In this document: in pieces, positions 1-11,923 of the stretch | Layout of the letters: the number at the start of each line of letters is the position of its first letter | Position numbering within the stretch: position 1 is the first letter of the stretch | Assembly (NCBI GenBank): GCA_000165425.1 | Contig: CT867987.1 | Span: 292,802-312,801 of the forward strand | From: Paramecium tetraurelia | Taxonomy: Eukaryota | Length of the DNA: 20,000 nt | Direction of reading: 5' to 3' | Notes under the pieces: model-generated | What the model was told of the DNA's origin: nothing | Database searches by the model: none | What the model saw: only the letters and a program-made list of their open reading frames with translations | Position numbers and translations under genes: made by a program

Positions 1-3000
1 TCCAGATTTCATTACATTCTTAACATTAAAAATCTGATAAATTTTTATAAAATTATCCCTTCCCCATTAAATCAAAATTATCACACTCTTCGCATAATCC
101 TCCTATATGACCCAAACTGCATAATTCATTTCCTACATCCCACCCACCAATGCAAAATTTAGGGTTTTTAAAACAGCTTTCGGTATAATCTGATAGGTAA
201 TTTGGTCTCCAATATCCCGGTTACAATTTAATTTAATTGGATGAAATATTATCAAATTTTTATTTGTCAAATATTGAACATTTTGTTGTATTATAAGTTA
301 CAGAATAAAACCCTTAATTTGACTAGCAGATTTAACAACCTTTATCTACATAGAATTCTCCCAATTAGCATTTAAGCGCTTTAGCATAAATTAGATATTC
401 TAGCTATTCACTATTCTAATCAAATAGACATTTAAATTCTATCTACAATAATGATTAATCTTAATTATAAGGATCAAAACGAAAAGAGAGAGAACTTAAG
501 TCGAAAGCTTTCTAATTTTAATCTAATTCTACATTATAGGTTACTTTTTCTTATGAGACACTGTGATTATTTTCATAAAAAATGGCTGCATTTACTTAAC
601 AAGATGAATTAATTTAATTTTCTAATTTTTCATTAAATCGATTTTTAACAGATATAAGTATATTGTGGATGTAATTTATAAATATTTAGTAACTTGGAAC
701 ATATATTTAATAACTATTAATCTTTTAATTACTTGGAATCATTAACTATTTTACCTTTAATAATTATCCTTATTCAATGACATTATAAGGTCTGATATTT
801 GAAGTTAACATAGTATTTCTCCCGAATTTTTATTATTCAGACATTATATCAATATCATTAATCGAAAGACTTAAATGAGTAGGAGTTTCAACTAAATTAT
901 TTCCATAAACATCAGCATAGTTAAAAAGCAAAACGGATTAGAAAAAGTTTTCATCATTAAGATTATACTATTTTGCAAAGTAAATACCCCCTCCTACCTT
1001 AGCTTTATTTAAGATTACAATCGATTTATTAATTTCAAAATCTTTTTTGTCGATATCAGCATATATGCCTCCACCTGCTTATGTTACTCTATTTCCGACT
1101 ATTTTGCAATTTCTTATAAAGAGTGCTATATTTTCAGCGTTTATGGCACCTCCTTGACTAGCATTATTTTAGATAAAATTAGAATTATATATCATAACCT
1201 TGTTCTAATTATTTTAAGAGGAGTTAAGTTTAAAATTTAAACAACCATTTTCTTTGATTTAATTATAAATACACAAAAACTCTTTAATTTTAACATAGTT
1301 AAATTAAGTGAGATCAAAAAATAAACCTCCCTTTGAGCAACTTAAACATTTATTTTATATTAATTATACAGAATTTACAATAAATCTCGCTTTATTGTTT
1401 GAACTAATAAAGTAGAGTAATGGATAGCCTATATTATTTGATTCTTCTTGTAATTATTAAATATTTTAACTTATTAGATTTTACTAATGTTACTCATCTT
1501 ATTAAGATAGATATTGAAGTTAGCATTCAACAACCACATATTAGGGTGTAATATAAAAGAATTCCTCTTCTCCAGAACGAAATTAATATATTGAAAATCG
1601 TTAAATGATGAGTTATTCAAGTATAATAATTGAATTTACTTATTAATCAACAAATATTAATGGTAATTGATAAAAAGAGAAAACATCGATTATTTACATA
1701 TTCTTTATTAACAATTGGATTGAATTTTCTATTTTAAAGATATGGGATAATATTATGCCTTTAAGAACAAATTATTCAACAGTAATTTATCCTCCAACAA
1801 TATTAAAAATTCCATTATCTTAATTCATTTAAGTAATTTCAGTAGATGCTCCAAATTATGAAAAATATCTAATCCAAGCTGATTCTTCAAAAATTAGTTT
1901 TATATTTAATATTGATATCTTAAATAAACTTTATTCTTTGTACTATGGAAATTAGACTTTAATTAATTAATTTAAGAATGACAAACAGTTTATCATTTGT
2001 ATATCCTTCAATAATATGCTGGCTTTTCTTTGTGATGGACTGATAGTAAATAACACAGTACTCAATCCATTTTATACATTTAGAAAATTTGTATTGGAGA
2101 CTTCTAAATTTAAATAACTATTTAAGGAATTAATATTTATACAACCAAAATTATCTGTTCCATATCTATAAATAGAAGATATTGATTAGATTGTGTTGTT
2201 GATAAATTATAACTATCCTTATCCTAAAGTTTTAATATCAAAGACAGCACTAGTCAAGGCTAAAATATGTAGATATTTTGAATTTTGGCTGACAAATTAC
2301 TCACAATTTATTTTGGCAACTCCTCCTTAAACGTAGGTTGGATAAAGTTATTGAATAATTTAGTTAATCTGATCTTAGTCATACTATTAACCCAGATCGA
2401 ATTGATAAAATTTGTTCCATAATTCTTAGCTGATGACATTATGATAACTAACAGTGGCATTATTAAAGAAGATTGATTGTGAAATTAAAACAAGAAAAGA
2501 TGTAGATGAATTTGTTATTGCATTTTCTTTGCAATATAAATTACTAATATTAATCTAACCTTGTGTTGAATCTATATATATTAAACCAGCAAAGTTTTCA
2601 GTTGGATCATCCAAATATTGATGGAAGAAGTTTTGTTAAAAATTTAAGTCTTCAAAATTAACAAATTATTGTTTTTTTGAATATATACTTATTATAGATA
2701 TAATACTTTTTTATAGAACCTTTTTAATAATATTATTTTAAAATAGACTATTAGTTATTTCGATATTTTAAGACACATTTTCTAATTATTAAGGGGATGA
2801 AAGTATTTCAATAAATGCTTAATTAAAATTTTCATAATTTATGATTTTAAGCTAATTTAATTTAATAAATGAAAATCCTTAAACAAAAAGAAGTTAATTA
2901 TTAAATTCGTCTGACTATTAACAGTAATGAATTTAATTTTTTTGAGTATTTTATTAAAAAATAAGGCTTTCTATAATGATTTCATTGCTTTCAAAAAAAT

Positions 3001-6000
3001 AAAATATTGGAATATTCTTTGTATTTAGAATCTAAATGTATTTTATTGAGCAGCTGAAGCAATGGATAAATTTAAATAAATTTTAAACATTATTAAAAGT
3101 ATCTATTCCTTCAACTTTCTAAAGTATAAAATTACTAAATTATATTATCATTTTAACCTATGAAGATGAAGACAAATAAATTAAGTTTGAATTCATTAGT
3201 TTTAAATTGATAACTGAAAGTTATTCTAAGAAAAATGTGACATCACTTGTTGCATTAGTATCAATTGCATTTATTAATATAGAATTATTTAAAATATTAT
3301 CCTCAAAATTTGCATCTGTTAAAGATAAATTGTAAAAAAAAATCATAAAGTTAGAATTCTACCAAGTGTTTTATAGAATTTATAGGTTAAAAATTTACAA
3401 TTAAGTCAGGTCATCATAATTTATGATAGAGGAATAAGATAATTGACAATTTCTAATTCGAATGTGTGATATTGTTGTCAGTTTTGCTACTATTTGATTC
3501 TATTTCATTTTTAAAATAGTTGAATTTATTAATGTGCAGTTTTCAATCAATAAACTGTCTACCTTAATTGAAATCTAGCTGTTTGTAATTAAAAATAGAT
3601 CTGTATTAATAAATGTACTATTAATAATTGTTAACTAATTAATTTGCACTTATGCTTCTAATAGCTAAAATTCAATTTTGAAAAATGATGATTCGTTGAG
3701 GACAATATTCATGATTGTAATATTTACTAAATCAATACTTTCAAATTACTGTGAATTAAATAATTTATTAACTTGATTTTAATTAATTCCCAGAATCTTA
3801 ACATTTTTCATAGTAAATTTCAATTTCTGATCACCCAACAGATTAAAAGTTAGATTCGACAGTTAGATGTCAATACTAAAAATATTTATTATTTCAAAAT
3901 TGTTGATTTTAACCTCTTCATCTTTTGGTTGATATCGGATTCCATTCCCCAAAATAGTTAAATTAGTTGTTCTTAAAGAAAATATCTGTTCTTTGAGTTA
4001 GTTAGAATTGATACGAATAACTTGATTACATTAAGCATTGGGTGGAGTAAATTAAAGTTGAATAATTATACTTTAGGCTCCAATTACATTTAGGTAATTG
4101 ATGTTTTGATTAATTAATAAATCAGTCATTGAATTATCATACAAATAACAAGGACCCTTGTAATCATATACCAAATTACTGCTACATTATTCATCCAAAC
4201 AATAAATTGGAATATATTATTTTGTTGAAAGTTTAACATTTGGATCAAAAATTGGCTGAATACATTATTTAGTATACAATTGATTATTCTCATTAACTAT
4301 AAAATTGGGCTAAATTAGCTAAAATTTAATTATTAATAGATTACAGATATTTCTTCAGCTGTCCTTTCCTAACAATATAGACATAATGGAGGGCAATTTA
4401 AGCACTATCCATCCCTTTGCACTCTCTATGGTCTTTTATATTAATCTATGGGACATTTCTTGCAATAATACTTTGGAGTATCTGTTCTCAATTTACATTC
4501 TATACAATCTGGTTGACAAGCTGTAAGACAAGTTTTATTTTGATACATTTCAGAACCCTCTAGGCAAGAGATAGCTACTTCATCAACAAAATATGAATTT
4601 GATTTAGGATAAAAATATTAATTTGGTAAAAAAGATCCCATAAAGCTTTGTATTCTTTGCATCCATGCATCATATATATAAAAATCTCCTTCTATACTTA
4701 TTTTTGCATTGAATCTTTTATTAGGGGAACATCTTCCGTTCATTTCAGTAGTAGTACTAGTATAACCCACTTTACAAATTATACATCTCAAAATTGATTA
4801 TACAGTAATGAAACATTACAGACAATTGGAGATTAATTGTTCACAATTAATAATTTCTTTTGCTACAGAAAAATCTTATTTCGAGGATAATGTGCAGATT
4901 TCTGTACCTTCCTAATTAATATAGCTTCTTAAACATGTATCTATTTTAGAACTCTTTTTTAGGCACTCGCCTAATTGAAAATCAAAAATATATCCATCCT
5001 CACACAATGCACATCCTACTTTTAGATTATCTTCTCCATTAAATTTTTAGAAGTTCTGGTAGAGTGTACTTTTTGTTAAATCATCAAAGACATATTCAAA
5101 ACAATACACACAATTAGTTATAGAACACAATACACAATCATAATTTGAAGTAATGTAATAAGGTGTTCTACAATTCTTTTCATCTAAAATTCCCATTTCC
5201 AAAGCAATACATTACCCATTTATTCGTTCACTATACCAATCACAAACTATACATATTTATCCTGTTATAGACAATGCACAAAGAGAACAATTAGATGTCT
5301 AGCAAAAGTAACAATCATTTTGAAATAATGTAGACCAGCAAAATTACATAAATGGTTGAAATTTAGCATTATTATCATAATTAATATTGTTTAAATCTAT
5401 AATGCTAGAGTTGACACAACCTACACAGAATTCAAGATTTATTCCATTAAAATTGAAGTACTAGGTCCATCCATCATTTTCTTCTTCCACAAATGCCGAA
5501 GTGCTTCCATCCTGCTGAAACTACAAACTTGATTTACACTCAGGATTCTTACTCCATCCTTTTGGATTTAATACACATTCTAAACATGTTACGGCATCTT
5601 GATTTTGAACTCCAGGACTTTAATAATTAAATAAGATTACCAGTCATAACATTACCCATCTAATTCAAATTACCCATATTTGCATTCTATATTTTCTTCC
5701 TTAATAGAGATTGGCTACAAGTGAAAATTCGTATAGTTCTTGCAATCAATATCATCAATTGTGAAATAGGGACAAATACATTATTTATAATCTTGAAAAT
5801 AAACTCTTAATGAACCTTCGGAGCAAGTTAAACAATCCTTCTCCGTTGGACCATCACATTCACCACAACTATAATGGCAATCTCATTAAGAAAAAACTGT
5901 TTCGCAATTAACCAAATACAAGTTTCTCCCCATTATATTTAAAAAGTTGAAATTTGATTATTAGTTATTTCCCAATATGAGTTTATAATATATTTGATGA

Positions 6001-7163
6001 AATTACTTTATGTTCATTTGCATATTGTATTCGTATATTTTTCTCATATCAAAAAATTTGATATTAACTTAAAAGTCATCCTCTTCTAATTTCACATATA
6101 TTAGATGCCACAATTAAATATTATGATTAATGTCGACCTCTCTTGTAATTAAGAAAGGGTTGTTCGTAAAATCTAAATTTACAGATGGAAATTAATAACT
6201 GTAGGTTGTTATTATCAATTTTTTCGAGTTTTCTTCGAACTTGTAAAATAATTAAAACGGAGATAAATTCTAATTTTAAAGCTAACCATTTTAATAATTT
6301 GATGACAACTTAATAAATTAATATGTCATTGTCACATCACTCTATATTATATCTTTTATTTTAAACCATCCTGAAAATAGAAATGAATTACAATTATTAT
6401 ATTTTGATATATAAATTTGAGTGTTCAGCTCAAGAAAATCGTAATCGTCTAAATTATTTTAAGGATTTTCTTAACACCTACATAATTTACTTCGACTAAT
6501 AAACTAAATTGCATAAGCAGCAAAATCTTTTAATTTATTATTACAAGAGACTGGAAGGATCCTACCTGGGAAGGAAGCAAACTTTCTTCCTTTTTCAATG
6601 TTTATTAATCTTGAATTTTCAACTATAAAACTTCCTCCTATTTTTTGAATCAAAATAACATTTGAAAATGGAACTATTTGTAAAAATTCATCCATAATGA
6701 CTTCTTCATTCTTAATTATTATTATTTAAAATTAATTGGTGTAAGGGAAGAAAATAAAATCAAAATAATACCAGTAATTTTCATACTCAAAAATGCTTAT
6801 ATCGATTTCGTAACTATATTGCAAATCGTCATTTCCTATAAATTATATTACTTTTGTGATAGTTCTTGATGTTAAATCTTAACAATCATAATGTAATAAA
6901 TTTAACTAGTTCGATTCCTTTTCAACCGAACTGAATAAATGATAGCAATTACTATCCAATACCCCAAGTTAATCAGAATATACTATTGAACTCAATGGAA
7001 GGTATTGAAACCATGAAGTCCATCTTTATATAACACCATCATCAATAATGAAATCTAATATTGAAAATTCCTCTATCCAATAAGGCAATTCAGAATTCAA
7101 TCGTATTAATTATTCTGAATATACTGCTTTCAACATCCAAATCAAGAAATATATTGATATCAT
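1..7163 (-). CDS. Giant (>2370 aa within the window) ciliate surface/transmembrane-type protein: signal peptide, furin/IGFBP-like Cys-rich repeats, pectin-lyase/polymorphic-membrane-protein-like beta-helix region. 3' end lies beyond the left edge. Introns 5618-5640 (23 nt) and 4319-4344 (26 nt).
   Basis: ATG at 7163 gives MISIYFLIWMLKAVYSEQ (signal-peptide-like), in frame with track ORF 6504-6695. Cys repeats include CHYSCGECDGPTEKDCLTCS (~5820-5880). GGAINA...GGGIY at ~1060-1155. CKPGYWRPNYLSDYTESCFKNPKFCIGGWDVGNELCSLGHIGGLCEECD at ~85-230. The two GTAATC...AG introns exactly account for the phase changes between the frame checkpoints I translated (not every codon was read). Confidence 0.9.
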
Positions 7164-8039
7164 TTTGAATAATTAAATAATCTTTAAATTTATCAACCAA
7201 TACTTTATAATTCAGAAAACATATTCATTTTTCGATTCAAATATCATCTTTAAATTGCAGATTCAAAATAATAAGTCATCATTTCTAAAGTCAAATATTT
7301 TCATAGTTAAGATACCTTAACTTCATCAAAAAATAACTCTTTCATCTTTTTCACTTTGAATACAAACAGTTACAAAAAGTTGATATTATAACTAAATTTT
7401 CCTTTATTTTTCATTTTGTGCGATTTGATTAAAAATACTAAGTTTTATGCAATTTTACTAATCAAATTATAGTATTATTTATCGTCTGGCACATTTTGAG
7501 AGGGAAAATTCAATTCCTAAATTTCTTTTAATTCTGTTCACATTTGTTAAAATAATAATCAATTAAAAAAAAGTAAAATAATGTAATTGTTCTCCATCAA
7601 GGTGTTTAAGGTTTTACATAGAATTTAATCTTGAATTGAATTCACATTGAAACCCTTTCCTGTAGAAAAAATTATATAAAAAATCGAATTTGAAATTTAT
7701 TTTCTAATAAAATTATTTCAAAAATAATTAAAAGGTTGATGAAGCAATATTAATTGGTAAACATCAGCTCTATTAGTAGTAAGTCCTAAAAAATTATAGT
7801 AGATAAATAAGAAAAATAATATTTTACAATTATTAACTTTTGTATGCTATAATTAAAAGTTATGGTCAATCTAAGTTATATTTAGAATAATCATAAAATT
7901 AAATCGTTTTAATTTTGTTTAGGAAGGAAATAAATTTTATGATAGTTATTAAAAATAAAAGGACTTTTATAAAAAAATTTGTTTCAAAAATAAAATTTTT
8001 GACATTTACATCAATAAAAAATTTATATTTTAAAAAATG

Positions 8040-9030
8040 AGAATTTGATTTAATTTCCATAAGAGATTGTTAGGTGTATTAAAACTACTTCTAAATATTG
8101 TATAAATTTCTCATTAATTTCCAATTATCGAATGAATGGAAGGTAATTATTTAATTATGTATACTTCTGTGATATAAATTCCATAAAGGTGGTTTATCTA
8201 TTAAAAATCTTATATTTTTATTAATAGGGTGATCTCTATATGAATTCATAATATTTATTAATTCATTTTTTAAAGAGTAATTGGCTAATGGAATTTTCAA
8301 CTCATTAAAATCGAAGGCTAATATTGAGATAAACCACATTTAGTAACCATCAAATTGTTAATTAGTCTTCTCATTGCATAAGTTTTAAGATTTCCCTAAG
8401 CATACTAAAGTGATATTTAAGAATTCTTAATATTATTCAGCAATCACAGCAGGTTAAATTTAGTAGAGATCTATTTAAGGAAATAAAGAATTTTTGTCAT
8501 TAACTATTAAATTATGAATTGAGAAATTTTTGGATAAACCTGGATTATTATGATATGAAAGTTAAGTAAATTTTTTTGAAAATTTTAATTTGTATTTTCG
8601 ATTTGCTGATGTAAATCATTTATTAAGCATTTATTTGTTAATTTTCAAAAAAAAAAATCAGAGTGTGTTAGTTCGAATTAATTTTAACCTGAATTTATGC
8701 ATAACTTCAAATTTAAGAAATTTGCCGAGTTTATAAATTATTTATTTCTATATTGATAAGATAGGATAAATTTGAAATGACTCATCAAAAATATTTCACT
8801 AAAAATAAATGGTAGATTAATGTTTTATTTAATTGTTCCATGACTACATAAATATTGCTTTATCTTTATAGTTTTGGATTTACAATTAAAAAATATCAAT
8901 ATATTCATTTTTCAATTCTATTATTTTTCTCATTTTCTTTGAGTTTAATAATTAATATTTTTATTGTTTATAAATTATGCTTTGGATTTCTTCTATAATC
9001 TGCCTTTTTATCCCTACAGTAACTTTTTGA
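8040..9030 (-). pseudogene. Possible decayed protein-kinase (or pseudokinase) gene relic with frameshifts
   Basis: Collinear degenerate kinase-like motifs in different frames: VTVGIKR (~9003-9023, VAIK-like), IYVVMEQLNKTL (~8817-8854), LTHSDFFF/EN (~8640-8671, HRDxxxEN-like, broken at an 11-nt A/T run), QMWFISILAFDFNELKIPL (~8285-8342, subdomain IX-like). I could not build an intact spliced frame. Boundaries are approximate. Confidence 0.35.
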
Positions 9031-10946
9031 AACTTAATAGAGTCCTACAACTACAACTTCTAATCATCTTAAGTTAGAATTTGTGGGCAAGTTTTGGTTA
9101 AAAATTATCATGACTAGAATTTAATGTATAAAATTTAATTATCTACAAAAGATCAGCAAAGCTTCTCAAATGTTAATATCTCTTTTGAGCTTCAACGCTA
9201 TTATAAGGTTGTTATTGTTATCGGAATTAAATTCTAAATTTGATGTTTTTTTTCTGAATACTGTATTAGCTATTATTTTGAATAAATATTTTTGTATATA
9301 GCTGGGCAAGATTTTTTTGATGAATAGAATCGCTTTAGAATTATTCCATATAAGTAGAATCTAAAGAGCCAATGCTGTATTTGCTACTTAAAAAGGGATT
9401 GAAATCAAGGCTTAAAATGTAATTTTGAATATAGATTTTGATATTTGATGCAATTTTTCAAATTTTTGAATTTACATTCATAAAATATCAACCAAATTCT
9501 AAATGTAAATCGATATTGGAGTAAGTACAAAATCAGCGAAGAGATTCAGCTCTGTAAGGGAAGCAGCTTAAGAAGCTAGTTAAAATTATGCTTAACTAGT
9601 GAAGTGATTTTATTAAGAATCAATATGAATTTAATCAATTACAAAATTTTTGGAAAAATAAGGAGCTAATCTCAGTATCTAAAATTAAATAATTTTTTAA
9701 TAAAATGAATATCCTTTCAAACAATTATCAATAAACTTCAATATCAGGCTTATTTATCTGAAATATTAAACAATTAAAATCTCTGAACTTGATCTAAAAA
9801 GATTATTTATTGAAATTTAAAAATTTAATAAAAGGTGCCTTACAGAATTTTATGTAAGTTTACTTGAAATTTGTTGCTACAATTTCTCTGACAAAATAGT
9901 TTTTCAAATTATTTTGCTATTTATCAAAGGTTACTCCTATTACTCAAAACTCAGTTAAATACTATCATTAAATCAAATAAGTCAAAGCAATTTGTTGAGG
10001 TGTTTATATTATAACAGCATTACACAAAATATAGAAATTTCAATGGATTTTTAAAATGTAATTAGAAAGATCATAACTTCTAAAGTAGGACCTAAAATAA
10101 AAATTACAAATAGATGAAGCATAACTCAGAACTAGGATTTTAATTGTTACGTTTAATATATGTATCAATTGCAATTTGTACTCCTGAATTATCAACAATT
10201 ACTTATTAATTTAATTTCAATATATAAAATGGAATGAGATACTGTGTTTAACTTAGACTATTTCGTAAGGAAAAATATCATTATACTGAAATGTACGAAT
10301 TATTTCATATTTATTCATGCATCCTCGCAGTTCTGTATTGACCCCTTTAGAAAGATTATGAGAAAATTTCAACTGTCATGGTTTGAAAAGAATTTGTAAT
10401 TTAAAAAAAATTTTTTAGTAAATAAAGGATGATAGTTTAATATCAATTAAAAAACTATTTTAAACTAGGTACTTCAATAATATAGTATTATGAAGGAAGA
10501 ATTCACGTATTTCATTTATTTTAAGAAACAATAATAGCATATAATAACTGAAGATTTTAAGCATGTTTGGTACAAAATTGCAAATAAATTATATATATTG
10601 TATTTTCATCTATTTTTGGTTCAAAAAAAGAAAAATATTTTATAAAATCAAAATTCATAAAAATAATAATGATACATTTTTTCTATGTGCTTAATAATTT
10701 TCATTAATGTTAGAAATTCATTGATTTCATTAATTAAATTTAAAGTAAAATAGTCTTGCATTATTTATTTTACATTTTGTTATTTATAAAATAGATGTAA
10801 AGATAAGTCACGATGAACATGGAATATTTTATTTCACAATCTATCATATTTTATGTCTAGAATAGGATAATGGTATTATAAAATTGAAGTTCATTGTATT
10901 TAATTAATTTTATTAAAAATTGTAAATTGCAAAGAAAGCAGAGTTT

Positions 10947-11486
10947 ATGATTATACTTATATTTATTCATTTGATTATAGAATCTAATTCAATTTGTTTG
11001 AAAAATTAGAACTACTTTCTATCAATCATCAGAGGTAACTATAAGAATGTTTTACAAAAAAATGGAGAAGCAATCATTTCATCTAGATTACAAAATGGTA
11101 TGAAAGCTGGTAAAGATGGCAGCTGTCTTAATGATTCAATGTATGATTTAGACATTTATACTTGGAATTATCATGGATAATCAATCGCTTTTTAACTTAG
11201 ACAAGTATATGAATTAAATACTTTAAAAATCTGGTTTTGGGATGGTGATAGCAGAATCTACAGATTCAAAATATACATTCAAAATGAAAATTAAGAGAAG
11301 TTGGTTTATGATGGGACAGGAAAAAGTATATTTATCTTAAAATTTCCTGATTTATTTGTTTCAAGATTTCGATTATAGAGTATAATTTCATTTTTTTTTA
11401 AAATAATATTATCTATAGTAAATGTGAGTGGGAATACATTCAATAATTAAATGCATTTATTAAGGGCTGAGGCCTACTACAATTGA
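10947..11486 (+). CDS. Small secreted protein (~165-179 aa) with a galactose-binding/discoidin (F5/8 type C, BTBD9-C-terminal-like) domain
   Basis: ATG 10947 to TGA 11484-11486 is one open code-6 frame: MIILIFIHLIIESNSIC...QLRQVYELNTLKIWFWDGDSRIYRFKIY...FPDLFVSRFRL[insert]NVSGNTFNNQMHLLRAEAYYN*. Hydrophobic N-terminus. The WD.D.R.Y and GNT.N motifs resemble the BTBD9 F5/8C domains. A 39-42 nt AT-rich in-frame insert lies at 11374-11418. Confidence 0.8.
11374..11418. other. In-frame insert compatible with either a 39-nt GT-AG intron (11380-11418) or a 42-nt TA-bounded IES-like element (11374-11415 plus the retained TA)
   Basis: Ends form the inverted repeat TATAGA (11374-11379) / TCTATA (11412-11417), matching the TAYAG IES end consensus. 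GTATAA...TATAG splice sites overlap the same segment. Confidence 0.55.
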
Positions 11487-11923
11487 AAAGCAGATGATAA
11501 ATATGTATGAAAATAATAATATTATATAATTTTAAGACGATAATCTAAGAATATTTTATTCGAATTATTAAGAAAGAAAGTGTCGTTAAAATTTAAATAA
11601 TTCTAGTCTAGAAATTCAAATTCTTAATATAAATTGGGAAAAAAATATATTTTGTAAAAGAAATTTTAATTATCATCCATCATTCTTTAGAACAATTGTA
11701 TTCATTAAATAACTCAATAGCATTTTGGATTTTCTCTGGAATTTTGATCCTTGAGCTTTTAATTTTTTATATACAACAATAATACACGAAATTCGTTCTA
11801 AAATTGATGCTTCTATTGACTTGTAAAATGAAATGAGCATGAATGATAAAATAATAAAAACAAATAGTAATTTTTAAATTAAATTCTGTTTGAATCCAAA
11901 AATTATATTTTAAATTAATACTT

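Noticed and set aside
8560..8660. Euplotes-type programmed +1 frameshifting in the kinase-like relic
   Set aside because: The genetic code is Paramecium-type (TAA/TAG=Gln), so the AAA-stop shift signal does not apply. Decay or homopolymer error is the simpler explanation.
9565..9600. Short palindromes AGCTT-aag-AAGCT and CTAGTTAA-8nt-TTAACTAG
   Set aside because: Isolated, overlapping and AT-rich; too short for an IES (minimum about 26 nt) and plausible by chance.
9060..10600. Possible additional genes or pseudogene fragments
   Set aside because: Only short code-6 frames with no recognisable motif or consistent splice model were found.
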